64,000 bases of DNA from Chthonomonadaceae bacterium (GTDB lineage Bacteria > Armatimonadota > Chthonomonadetes > Chthonomonadales > Chthonomonadaceae), in NCBI GenBank assembly GCA_025352825.1, contig JANXSG010000017.1:755-64754 (forward strand), in the 5' to 3' direction. Numbering within the stretch: the first letter of the stretch is position 1; each line of letters opens with the position of its first letter. The position numbers and the translations under genes were made by a program. Under the pieces are notes generated by a model. That model was not told the DNA's origin, made no database searches, and was given only the letters and a program-made list of their open reading frames with translations. Shown here piece by piece: positions 1 through 8,924 of the stretch.

Positions 1-4
1 TATC

Positions 5-33
5 TTGACACTCGCCCTTCGAGAGGGTACACT
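5..33 (+). promoter_or_regulatory. sigma70-type promoter of the tRNA
   Basis: TTGACA (5-10), 17-nt spacer, TACACT (28-33), ending 15 nt before the tRNA. Confidence 0.75.
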
Positions 34-48
34 ATGTTTCGTGCCTGT

Positions 49-120
49 GGGCCTATAGCTCAATGGTGGAGCGGCCGGCTCATAACTGGTTGGTTGTAGG
101 TTCGAATCCTACTGGGCCCA
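49..120 (+). tRNA. tRNA with CAT anticodon, most likely tRNA-Ile2 (lysidine); CCA not encoded
   Basis: Acceptor GGGCCTA/TGGGCCC plus discriminator A; D-arm GCTC/GAGC; anticodon arm GCCGG-CTCATAA-CTGGT; T-arm GTAGG-TTCGAAT-CCTAC. G1-C72 pair and no triple G-C anticodon stem argue against fMet; C4-G69/C5-G68 fit Ile2. Confidence 0.92.
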
Positions 121-132
121 TATTTAACAACT

Positions 133-170
133 TCGCCTCCTCTGAATATTTCATGGGAGGCGATTATTTT
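133..170 (+). terminator. probable intrinsic terminator after the tRNA
   Basis: TCGCCTCC/GGAGGCGA stem followed by TTATTTT. Confidence 0.6.
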
Positions 171-246
171 AACATAAGTGTATTAACTTCAGCCTTGAAC
201 TTAACAGTCAACCTTGATAAAAAGTTTCTTTCGAACTCCTCAATTC

Positions 247-364
247 AATCTGCGCTAATCTGCGCAATCTGTGGATAAAAATCTAAGACCTGTGCGACTT
301 CGATAGATTTACGTTCCTGGATTACATACATTATATCCGCAGATTACGCAGATGAGCGCAGATT
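247..364. repeat. inverted pair of ~31-bp internally periodic repeats
   Basis: AATCTGCGCTAATCTGCGCAATCTGTGGATA (247-277) is the near reverse complement of TATCCGCAGATTACGCAGATGAGCGCAGATT (334-364). Confidence 0.8.
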
Positions 365-429
365 AAGTTATCTTTTTAGTACATACGCACTACTCAAGTT
401 AAATTCTTATGGTTCGTTCGTAATTTGTG

Positions 430-2253
430 CTAGTTATCCATTGCAGTGAGGGAAAGATCAGCAGTTATCAAATCATCATGATCGTTCAGCCCTGGCAGCT
501 CGGGAACTACGAGATGTCTGATCGCAGTGTCTACCGTATCTGGTACCACCAGTGGAGCGCTCGTTCCAGCTCCTAGCTCTCTCATGCGATTGGCAGAAGG
601 GGTGAGTCTGCTGCTTACTGATGAGACGATATCGTTGTAGCTCTCCGCCGCAATTCGGATATGCCTACCATGCGATCCCAGCAGAGTAAGTACCTTTTCG
701 AGTCTATCACAGAGCTGTTTGCCAAGGTTACGAACCTCCTCCGTGTTCTGCTGCATACGTTCCTCATTGAGGACATAGGTGGCCAGGTGTACCAGGTTCA
801 TGAGTGTCATCGGGTTAGCGAGAATAATCCTGGATCTGTGGGCGTCGTCCAGCAGGGATCGGTCGTTCTCGCAGGCGATCTGATAGGCGGCTTCGTACGG
901 CAGGAATAAGATGACATAGGGAGGCGATTCCGAATATCTCGACCAGTACTCCTTTTTCTCCAGCGCCTTGACATGCCCTCGCACTGCCTTCGCATGTTCC
1001 TGGCATCGTCGAGTTTTCTCCGCTTCGTCGTCCGTTTCCATCGCCATCATATACTGATCCAGCGGAGCCTTTGAATCGATGATGATTTTTCTGCCGCGCG
1101 GCAGATACACGACCACATCGGTACGAAGAGTTTTGCCGTCTTCCTCCGTGCTGTTTTGAACATCGAAGTTTTTGCCCTGCTGCCACCCCGAAGACTCCAA
1201 AATCGAGATAAGCTGGCCTTCGCCCCAGCTCCCCCGCACCGAGGGTTTCTTGAGAGCGCTCACCAATGAATCGCTGGTCTTGCTTAAATTTTCTATTGTA
1301 TTTTTCAGAACGCCGAAAGATTCGGCGCGCTCTTTGTTCATATCGTGCGTGAGTTTTTCCAGATCACCCAGCTCTTTTTGCACCGGTTCGAGCAGTCTTT
1401 CGATCTCTTTCTTCTCGTTTTCAGAGCGTTTCGCAGCTCCCTCCTGCTCCTCTTTGAAACGGTTCTGCGCAAGATCGAGAAAATTCTTGGTGGCTTCCTG
1501 GAGCGCTTTGGTCGAAGCATCTCCAAAAGTGACTTTCAATGTCTCATCTGCTTTTTCGATATAAGATTTTAGCTCTTCGAAAGACTTCTGCTGAGCGGAG
1601 AGTTCTTTGAGATGCGCTTCACGCAGCACTTTCTCAATGCGTTCCTGGTCGGCTTTTAACGCGGATATCTGATTTGCATTTTCGTTTTCACGAATTCGAA
1701 ACTGTGCACGGAGTGAATCCAATTCATTATCGTGTGCGATTTTTATCGACTGCAGTTCGCGAACATGACTCGTCGATAAATTGGTGATAGCTTCCTCTTT
1801 GCTTCTTTCCGACTCGTTTGCACGGGCTACTGCTGAGCTCAACTCTCTCTCCAGAGTTTGGATACGCACGCGAAAACTCTCTTGTTCAGTTCTGTAGATT
1901 TCACGCTCATTGCGCAGAGCTTCGGCCTGCTCTGCAGCGGAACTGCCCATCGCCTGTGCATGGGCAGTCGTAGCTGCCTGTTGTTCGATCTTGGCCTGAG
2001 CAGTGTTTAGAAGCTCTTCCAGTCTAAGCCGCTCAGACTGATAGTTCACAGTGTCGTTTGCTCTGGATTCTTTTTCACGAATGAGATCCTGCACGGCCAG
2101 TTCTGACTTTGTCTTAAACTCTTGGAGGTTTTTTTCTAATTCCTGCTGACCACTATCCGCCTTAGCCCGTGATCTTAACTGGATAAGTGAAGCACCGATT
2201 ACCCCGCCGAGTACAAGTCCTGCAAGAAGCATTACAATACTGTTCGAAGACAT
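430..2253 (-). CDS. rmuC: DNA recombination protein RmuC
   Basis: N-terminal TM, long coiled coil, RGSWGE, DVVVYLP..IIIDSKAP, FLPYE, NPMTL motifs. Confidence 0.93.
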   Translation of the reverse strand: MSSNSIVMLLAGLVLGGVIGASLIQLRSRAKADSGQQELEKNLQEFKTKSELAVQDLIREKESRANDTVNYQSERLRLEELLNTAQAKIEQQAATTAHAQAMGSSAAEQAEALRNEREIYRTEQESFRVRIQTLERELSSAVARANESERSKEEAITNLSTSHVRELQSIKIAHDNELDSLRAQFRIRENENANQISALKADQERIEKVLREAHLKELSAQQKSFEELKSYIEKADETLKVTFGDASTKALQEATKNFLDLAQNRFKEEQEGAAKRSENEKKEIERLLEPVQKELGDLEKLTHDMNKERAESFGVLKNTIENLSKTSDSLVSALKKPSVRGSWGEGQLISILESSGWQQGKNFDVQNSTEEDGKTLRTDVVVYLPRGRKIIIDSKAPLDQYMMAMETDDEAEKTRRCQEHAKAVRGHVKALEKKEYWSRYSESPPYVILFLPYEAAYQIACENDRSLLDDAHRSRIILANPMTLMNLVHLATYVLNEERMQQNTEEVRNLGKQLCDRLEKVLTLLGSHGRHIRIAAESYNDIVSSVSSRLTPSANRMRELGAGTSAPLVVPDTVDTAIRHLVVPELPGLNDHDDLITADLSLTAMDN

Positions 2254-2264
2254 TTTTAATCCTA

Positions 2265-2804
2265 ACCTGGCAGTGCCAGTACCAAAAGTAGTGTCAGTAT
2301 CAAAGTAACTTTCTATGAATGATAATGCGGTAATAGCATCGACAAGCCCTCACCCCCGGCCCCCTCTGCCGAATCTTCGGGAGAGGAGGTGACTTTGGCA
2401 TGGGGTTCCCATATCTCCGTAAAGTTTTTAACCAGTCGCTTGTCATTTCCCACGTAGTGGAAAATTGAAGATCAAATATCTATAGCTCCCCTCACCCTTG
2501 CTTCGGGAGTGAGTCGGGGGCAAATGCTTTAGGTTAAGGATTCTACGGGGGGCTAAAGGGGCTGCGAAAGTAATCCTAAATATCACCAATTCAGTGCCCG
2601 GCAATGTGCAGGTGAATAAATTGGATTACTTTCACAGCCCCTTTAGCCCTTCGCTATAAAGTGCAAATGTCCTGCGGACATGAATTCGTGTCCTCAGGAC
2701 ACTCGCTTTTTCCAGCGAAGGGCTTTAGCCCGTCGCAGAAACAGTGCTCAAAACAACACAAAAATCCTTAACCTATCGCCTATGGGGGCCGGGGGGTGAG
2801 GGCT
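2265..2804. repeat. composite repeat: 19-bp terminal motif, CCCTCACCCC/GGGAGAGG palindromes and a nested element
   Basis: ACCTGGCAGTGCCAGTACC (2265-2283); ~2347-2500 is a diverged reverse-complement copy of ~32130-32285; closes with GGGGGGTGAGGGC near 2803. Confidence 0.75.
2532..2773. mobile_element. MITE-like element with 11-bp TIRs flanked by TA
   Basis: TA|GGTTAAGGATT...AATCCTTAACC|TA; internal GGGCT(A/T)AAGCCC-type and TGTCC-TGC-GGACA palindromes. Confidence 0.65.
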
Positions 2805-3088
2805 GAATCTTGTGAATATTATTATTTTTATGTTGCTTAGATTATGTATTGTATATAAATTGAGCGCTATCTAACTTCCACTCAAATAATTTTGTGTTTT
2901 GCGGAAAGTATTCTTTCTATTCTGAGTGACCGAACTCCTCTGTCAAGAGTGGCATTGAGGAGTATTCTGAAAGGCAAAAAATCGGAGAAAGTTACCCAGG
3001 TAGTTTTACTGGAAATTTGTATCATGGCTAATTATGAAACGGGCTTTTTCCGATAAACACGTTACTCATAACTGTTTCTGGAGAAAAT

Positions 3089-3760
3089 ATGATGCATTTG
3101 ACGACTAAGCTGACGTGTGTCGAGTTTCCGAAAATCGGACTTGAAATACTGGGAGAAATTATCGACAGAGATACGAAGCAGGCGACTATAAAACTCTTTG
3201 ATAATAGAAATGGTTATGGTAAGATACATCTGGGTGAAACAGGAGTTATGACTGAACTTGAGGATAGTTTTATCAGCAGGTTAGCGATTGAGGTAGCGGA
3301 AACCAGCCCCGAGCAGATATCATTGAGGTTCACAGAAGAACCATTCACAATTTTCAGACGCAAAGATCATCGTATAAACTGGGATACAGAAGTCTTAATT
3401 ATTGAAAAAGGCAAAGACTCTTCAGGTTCTCGCAGCCTCAAAGTCAGATCCACGAATATAAGTGCTGGCGGCATCTCTGTCAATATAGCGGGAAAACACT
3501 CTATTTCAGATGACGTCGAAGTATCTTTCTCACTACCGGAGATCGAAGAATGCCAGGCAGGTGCAGGCAATTTTCCAGTACCTGGACTCAGGCTTATCGA
3601 CGATAATAAAAAGTCGCGGGGATTTGAAATCAAATCCAGGGCTGAGAAGGTTTTTCAACAGAGCACATCTTCCGGTGGCACCGTTTTTGGTTTAAGATTT
3701 TTAAACCTCAGTGGCGCAGCAGAGCAGCAGCTTAAACTCTTCACGAATCCTTCTGAGTAG
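3089..3760 (+). CDS. PilZ-domain c-di-GMP-binding protein
   Basis: RRKDHR (RxxxR), NISAGG (D/NxSxGG) and C-terminal GLRF. Confidence 0.85.
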   Translation: MMHLTTKLTCVEFPKIGLEILGEIIDRDTKQATIKLFDNRNGYGKIHLGETGVMTELEDSFISRLAIEVAETSPEQISLRFTEEPFTIFRRKDHRINWDTEVLIIEKGKDSSGSRSLKVRSTNISAGGISVNIAGKHSISDDVEVSFSLPEIEECQAGAGNFPVPGLRLIDDNKKSRGFEIKSRAEKVFQQSTSSGGTVFGLRFLNLSGAAEQQLKLFTNPSE

Positions 3761-3923
3761 TGTGGTGAAGCAGACTAACCCATGTGCTGCACATTGTGTT
3801 CCAGCGGAAATACAGAAAATGGAAGCTGCAAGAGGAGTATGATAATCTGCACACGAATAGTCCAGCATGAGATTTAAGTTATCCCCAAATCATACGTGTT
3901 TAGATGGCTGGAGAGTGTGAAAG

Positions 3924-4886
3924 ATGAGTATTCGAGCAGGTGTTCTGACGGTAAGTGATGGCTGTTCCCGTGGTGAAAGGGAAGATATCTCTGGCAGAGT
4001 CCTTGCTGAAGGGTTAATCCAGGCAGGAATTGAAGTAGCAGAAAGGGCACTGGCAACGGATGATATGCCCGTCATTCAAAAGATACTTCGCGAATGGTGC
4101 TCACAAGATTTTGGGTTGATTATCACTACTGGCGGTACCGGGTTTGCTCCGCGGGACATCACTCCAGAAGCTACACGAAGCGTCATTGAGCGTGAAGCGC
4201 CAGGGCTGGCAGAGCTGCTGAGATGGAAAGGCTATCAGAAGCTGGATAGGGCTGTCCTCTCCCGAGGATTGGCGGGAATCTGCCAGCGTTCACTGATTAT
4301 TAATTTGCCAGGAAGTGTGGGTGGTGTGCGCGATGGATTGGAGATACTGCTTCCACTTATTCCTCATGCGATTGCCATTATTCGAGATGAGCCGGTGGAT
4401 CACACTCCGCTTCCGGCTGGCGCGCCTACTCCTCAGACCGATGCTCCGCCCGCCACCATTATCTCACTCGAAACAAACATTGACGACCTCTCTCCGGAAT
4501 TCTATGAGCTGCTAATGGAACGACTGTTCGAAGCAGGTGCACTGGATGTCTATCTCACTCCCATCCAAATGAAAAAATCAAGGCCAGCTTTGCTGCTCAC
4601 CGTCCTCGCACCGCTCGATATTGCTTCTGATTTGACTAATATTATGTTTGTGGAAACATCGACATTCGGAATCCGCACATCCAGACTCGACCGTTTTACA
4701 CTCGATCGAAAATGGGTGACAGTAGAAACTGAGTATGGCGCTCTACGGATTAAAGTAGGAAGCAGAAAAGGAATCGTGATGAGCGCATCCCCAGAATATG
4801 AAGATCTGAAAGCGGCTGCAAAGTTACACTCTCTGCCTCTCAAAAAAGTGTATGAGGAAGCCATCAAATCTTATCATAAACTTTGA
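3924..4886 (+). CDS. fusion of MogA/MoaB molybdopterin adenylyltransferase and LarC C-terminal (LarC2) domain
   Basis: N-half GVLTVSD, TTGGTG..RDITPEAT, SRG, NLPGS; Pro/Ala linker; C-half ETNIDD, AGALDV, PIQMKKSRP, ETSTFGIR, PEYED. Confidence 0.85.
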   Translation: MSIRAGVLTVSDGCSRGEREDISGRVLAEGLIQAGIEVAERALATDDMPVIQKILREWCSQDFGLIITTGGTGFAPRDITPEATRSVIEREAPGLAELLRWKGYQKLDRAVLSRGLAGICQRSLIINLPGSVGGVRDGLEILLPLIPHAIAIIRDEPVDHTPLPAGAPTPQTDAPPATIISLETNIDDLSPEFYELLMERLFEAGALDVYLTPIQMKKSRPALLLTVLAPLDIASDLTNIMFVETSTFGIRTSRLDRFTLDRKWVTVETEYGALRIKVGSRKGIVMSASPEYEDLKAAAKLHSLPLKKVYEEAIKSYHKL

Positions 4887-5111
4887 CTAATCTTCATCAG
4901 TGAGTCCCCCCAGTAGTTCTCGAGCCTGCTTAAGCCGGTCTGATTTCGTATCTCCCATTTCGCGCAGTTTCATTAAATCTGAATAGGACAGCGTGATGCT
5001 GCTGGCACCATCAAGATCAGCTCCGATCAAGTTCAAAACGATGTATCCGTCGGGGTCAGATTTACCTTGCAGTGTGGTTGTATAACGAATTCGGTTCTTC
5101 GGAAATAGCAT
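4887..5111 (-). CDS. small hypothetical protein (74 aa)
   Basis: ATG at 5111 preceded by GGAGGA; stop abuts the stop of the convergent gene. Confidence 0.6.
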   Translation of the reverse strand: MLFPKNRIRYTTTLQGKSDPDGYIVLNLIGADLDGASSITLSYSDLMKLREMGDTKSDRLKQARELLGGLTDED

Positions 5112-5226
5112 TGGAGTTCCTCCAAATTCAAAAAATCTTATAATGCAAGTCAGAACTATTGGTATGTAATGATACCGGATTTTGTAAATTCGGTACAATC
5201 AAATTAGCATTCACCGAGAATGCAAA

Positions 5227-5256
5227 TTGACAAACAGAATGGGAGTGGGCTATACT
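5227..5256 (+). promoter_or_regulatory. sigma70-type promoter
   Basis: TTGACA-18 nt-TATACT upstream of the aminotransferase. Confidence 0.6.
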
Positions 5257-5358
5257 AGGCAATCTGAATCATATTTGAAGGGTTCCAAAATACTCGGGGA
5301 TCATATTCTATATTCTGAAAAAATGAAGTAGGTGACACCAGAGTGATCATGAGTTGTT

Positions 5359-6585
5359 ATGGACGAAAAGAGCATCTTTCACACGGCGGTGCCGCCTTGC
5401 AAACCGCTCAATAAAACTATCTTAAGCTGCCCTCCCTCTGGAATCCGCCGTTTTTTTGATCTAGCGGATAGGGGAGGAGATGTTATATCGCTAAGCGTAG
5501 GTGAGCCAGACTATATCTCGCCGCTTTGTGTAAGACAAGCAGGAATACGCTCTTTGGAGCAGGGAATCACCTCCTACACTTCCAATAGCGGGCTGTTAGC
5601 TTTAAGAGAATCCATCTGTACAATGCTCAAGAATCGGCATGGTGTGCAGTACGATCCAGTTTCAGAATGCCTGATCACGGTTGGAGTTTCGGAAGGTTTG
5701 GATCTGGCTCTACGGGTGATTCTTAATCCAGGGGATGAGGTACTCGTTCCTGAACCTTGCTATGTCTCCTACATGCCAAATGTTGAGTTTGCGGGTGGAA
5801 TACCTGTACCTGTGAAAACGGATGCAGCCGATGGTTTTCGACTTCATGCGGACAGAGTAGAAGCAGCAATTACACCACGTACGAAAGCGCTGCTGCTGGG
5901 CTCTCCGGCGAACCCAACTGGCGCAACACAATCTCGTGCTGATCTCGAACGGTTAGTTGATCTAGCCAATAAATACGATTTTTATCTTGTCTCCGATGAG
6001 ATCTATGAGCGGCTGACTTACGTTGGTGAGCATACATGTCTCAGCTCTCTCACAGGCGCACGGGAAAGAACGGTACTGCTGAATGGGTTCTCGAAAGCGT
6101 ATGCTATGACGGGGTGGCGCATAGGCTATGCATGTGCTCCGGCCAGTATCGCTCAGTTAATGACTCGAGTACATCAGTACACCATGCTATGCGCACCACA
6201 TATCGCTCAGTTGGCTGCTATTGAGGCTCTTGCGCATGCAGAGCCAGATGTGCTGAACATGGTTGCTGATTATGATCGCAGAAGAAAAATGTTTGTCAGC
6301 GGCTTGAATGATCTGGGACTCGATTGCTATGAACCGCAAGGCGCATTCTATGCTTTTCCTTCCATTCGTCGTTTTGGATTAAGTTCAGAAGAGTTTGCGG
6401 GCCGGCTGTTGGATGAGGAGAGAGTTGCGTTGGTTCCTGGGAGTGCTTTCGGCCCTTCCGGAGAAGGTCATGTGCGCTGCTGCTATGCTTCTGCTGTACC
6501 GAAGCTGGAAGAGGCGCTCGTAAGATTAGGGCGATTCTTGAATAGGCTGAAACCAGGATTGAGTTCCATTAAAGCCGGAGCATGA
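5359..6585 (+). CDS. class I/II PLP-dependent aminotransferase (YugH/AspB-like)
   Basis: SVGEPD, PANPTG, SDEIY, NGFSKAYAMTGWRIG, GEGHVR. Confidence 0.93.
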   Translation: MDEKSIFHTAVPPCKPLNKTILSCPPSGIRRFFDLADRGGDVISLSVGEPDYISPLCVRQAGIRSLEQGITSYTSNSGLLALRESICTMLKNRHGVQYDPVSECLITVGVSEGLDLALRVILNPGDEVLVPEPCYVSYMPNVEFAGGIPVPVKTDAADGFRLHADRVEAAITPRTKALLLGSPANPTGATQSRADLERLVDLANKYDFYLVSDEIYERLTYVGEHTCLSSLTGARERTVLLNGFSKAYAMTGWRIGYACAPASIAQLMTRVHQYTMLCAPHIAQLAAIEALAHAEPDVLNMVADYDRRRKMFVSGLNDLGLDCYEPQGAFYAFPSIRRFGLSSEEFAGRLLDEERVALVPGSAFGPSGEGHVRCCYASAVPKLEEALVRLGRFLNRLKPGLSSIKAGA

Positions 6586-7259
6586 GCAGAACTCTTATGG
6601 GGTACGGAAAGTCTAAATCTTCGGAGAGTATTGAACATAAGTTGCGATGGCTATTTCCGCTGCTGATGTCTGCTGGCTTTGCAAGTTCAATTCGTGCTGA
6701 AAGAATAGTATTAGCGCCCGACGCGAATACTCTAGACCCGAAAAGCTATAAAACGTCCTTTCTAATTCGACCAGATTCAGGGAATTCAAATATCTCCTGG
6801 CTTACTGTGTCGACGGCCCAAAGTATCGAAATTGAAGTACAGCGACAGCATAATATGGGAGATAAGCGAGCGCTTACCGGGCTTAATGTGGAGTATCCAT
6901 TTTTATCGGAATTAGGTGCAGTTCCTGCTGTATCCGTTGGTGTTAGAGATTTGCTGGGAACTGGAAGCGAGCACCATTCGTTGTACTTAGCAGTGGCACG
7001 CACAATCCCATTATCGAACTCCCAAGCAAAGATAGTGCGATCTTTGAAGCTTGATGCAGGAGTTGGTACAGAGAGAATCAATGGCTTATTTGGCGGGTTG
7101 CAAATAGTTTTCAGATCCGGCATGGATGTTCAGTTGGAAGGGCTCAGAAAAAGATTTAATTTTGGGATAGGTCTTCCAGTGGCACACAATGTGCAGGTAC
7201 GTGCATCGGGGTTGAATGGAGTGATATTTTATGGGCTGACTTTTTCTACTGCCCATTAA
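6582..7259 (+). CDS. exported hypothetical protein, possibly YjbH-like beta-barrel
   Basis: ATGA coupling; signal-like segment; PAVSVGVRD motif and amphipathic beta strands. Confidence 0.55.
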   Translation: MSRTLMGYGKSKSSESIEHKLRWLFPLLMSAGFASSIRAERIVLAPDANTLDPKSYKTSFLIRPDSGNSNISWLTVSTAQSIEIEVQRQHNMGDKRALTGLNVEYPFLSELGAVPAVSVGVRDLLGTGSEHHSLYLAVARTIPLSNSQAKIVRSLKLDAGVGTERINGLFGGLQIVFRSGMDVQLEGLRKRFNFGIGLPVAHNVQVRASGLNGVIFYGLTFSTAH

Positions 7260-7263
7260 GAGT

Positions 7264-8496
7264 GTGAAGTATAGAAGTGAGGACTTAGCAAGTAAGATGA
7301 CCATGAACCCTGCAGGCGATAACCGACGAGTGGTACTCATCAAAAGCCTGGCTACAAATAATCGTTTCTACGCTATAGTGAATTCGGATAGTGAAATACG
7401 CAATGCGGATATGATTGAGAGTATCCCAAATGATCTTCTTCTCGGCGTGGCGTATCCCTGCCTCGAAGATGGACTGAACGATTTTGCTGTCATTCGCACC
7501 ACATTTGAAACTCTCGATCTCTTCCCTGATGACGATCCAATTAGGGAAGAGATGATGGAAATTATAAATGACGCCCGATCAAATCTACTGCGAAGACTTT
7601 TTGAACTCCGTGATAAAATACGCGATAACAAAGCCCATTTTTTAGGTACCGACTACAACGAATTCAAAACATATACGCTTGATATTGTTCGTCGAGGCTA
7701 TCCACGCAGAAATCTCGACAGCATGATGAAATTAAATGTTTTTGGATCTGTAGCAGAAGCTGAAGGGCATTCAGATTCGAACGATCTGCTCTATTTCTAC
7801 GAATTTGGCCTCACGGTCAATATGGGGCAGCTTGAAATGATGCCGCCTCGAGAATTTATAGTAACTCTTTTTGAAGATGTCCTCATTAGTGTGCAGGATG
7901 ATAGTTATTACAAGAACAAATATCAGTTCGATCGCAATGTATTCCAGAAATTTATAGCAGTTATGTTCGTGAACTACGCCACTACAGACCCCATGTTCTA
8001 CGGTATTAATAAGCGTGATTATGGAGTTTCGGGTGACAAAGATATGGATGGCACACCGCTCTATATCGCAATCCGAAGAGAGCTAACGGAGATTGAAGAG
8101 AGATTTGCACTCAATGGTTCGGCTCCCGCAACGATACCACCGATAACACCCGTGTCATCAAAGCCTGCTCCAGCTCTCTCTGAGACTATTCTAACTTCCG
8201 AAGATTCTATTCCATCATTTCTCATACCTGCAAATAACGAAACTCTAGATCATGCGGGACGTATCTCCTATGATGAAGCCTCCAACCTGCTTCCTGGCGA
8301 GCTTGTAAACGAAGATGTTTTGATGGGGCCGATTACGTCTTTATGTTCTGCAGCGAGTCTGCTAATTCGTAAATCTGATCCTGAAACAGAGAGATTCGCC
8401 CGAGTGATACTTGCAGATGCCTCCAGATTAGTCGCTGAATTAAAACGTCTTGGCATTCTATCCCCTGTGGCGAACGATCCCGGGTCGTTGGGTTGA
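7264..8496 (+). CDS. hypothetical protein with a C-terminal degenerate HisKA-like helical hairpin (start may be ATG 7297 or 7303)
   Basis: 410-codon ORF; tail EDVLMGPITSLCSAASLL...ERFARVILADASRL. Confidence 0.7.
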   Translation: MKYRSEDLASKMTMNPAGDNRRVVLIKSLATNNRFYAIVNSDSEIRNADMIESIPNDLLLGVAYPCLEDGLNDFAVIRTTFETLDLFPDDDPIREEMMEIINDARSNLLRRLFELRDKIRDNKAHFLGTDYNEFKTYTLDIVRRGYPRRNLDSMMKLNVFGSVAEAEGHSDSNDLLYFYEFGLTVNMGQLEMMPPREFIVTLFEDVLISVQDDSYYKNKYQFDRNVFQKFIAVMFVNYATTDPMFYGINKRDYGVSGDKDMDGTPLYIAIRRELTEIEERFALNGSAPATIPPITPVSSKPAPALSETILTSEDSIPSFLIPANNETLDHAGRISYDEASNLLPGELVNEDVLMGPITSLCSAASLLIRKSDPETERFARVILADASRLVAELKRLGILSPVANDPGSLG

Positions 8497-8571
8497 TAAC
8501 TATCTCACGATATTAATCTGAATACGTACCAGATATTATGAGGATATTGATTCAATTTATAGCTTGTTTGC

Positions 8572-8600
8572 TTGACTTTTTTAATCTGTGAAGCTAAAAT
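8572..8600 (+). promoter_or_regulatory. candidate sigma70 promoter of the hopanoid cluster
   Basis: TTGACT-17 nt-TAAAAT, about 320 nt upstream of shc. Confidence 0.45.
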
Positions 8601-8924
8601 GATCCATTAAGTGAATTGCAGAATGAAATCCTGAGTATGTAAATTTTATTGGTATCACAGGTCGCTGAAAGATGCGCTGTGCGAACTGTAAATTATAAGT
8701 ACATATTGATATTCTGCAGTGCGAGAATGTTCAATTATCAAAGCATTCCTGTAAATTATGACATGGAATTAAGGCTCGTTTACGACTCAGTTTCGCAAAG
8801 TTATTTCCATGAATGTTGTGTCTCTAGAATAACACCTGACCGTACCGTCAGAAACAATAAAGTATAAACTCAGGATGCAAATCGAAAACACAACTGCCCG
8901 ATACTTTCTTCGGACGGAGAATCG

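Noticed and set aside
63..278. 71-aa ORF
   Set aside because: Overlaps the tRNA, its terminator and a repeat
49..430. tRNA as a prophage or island attachment site
   Set aside because: No integrase and no duplicated tRNA 3' end noticed in the window
3029..3056. sigma28 promoter for the PilZ gene, and similarly near 54981-55005 for the MCP
   Set aside because: A -10-like TCCGATAA is present but the -35 match and spacing are weak
8601..8924. riboswitch or leader peptide in the long shc leader
   Set aside because: AT-rich, only short hairpins, no recognisable motif
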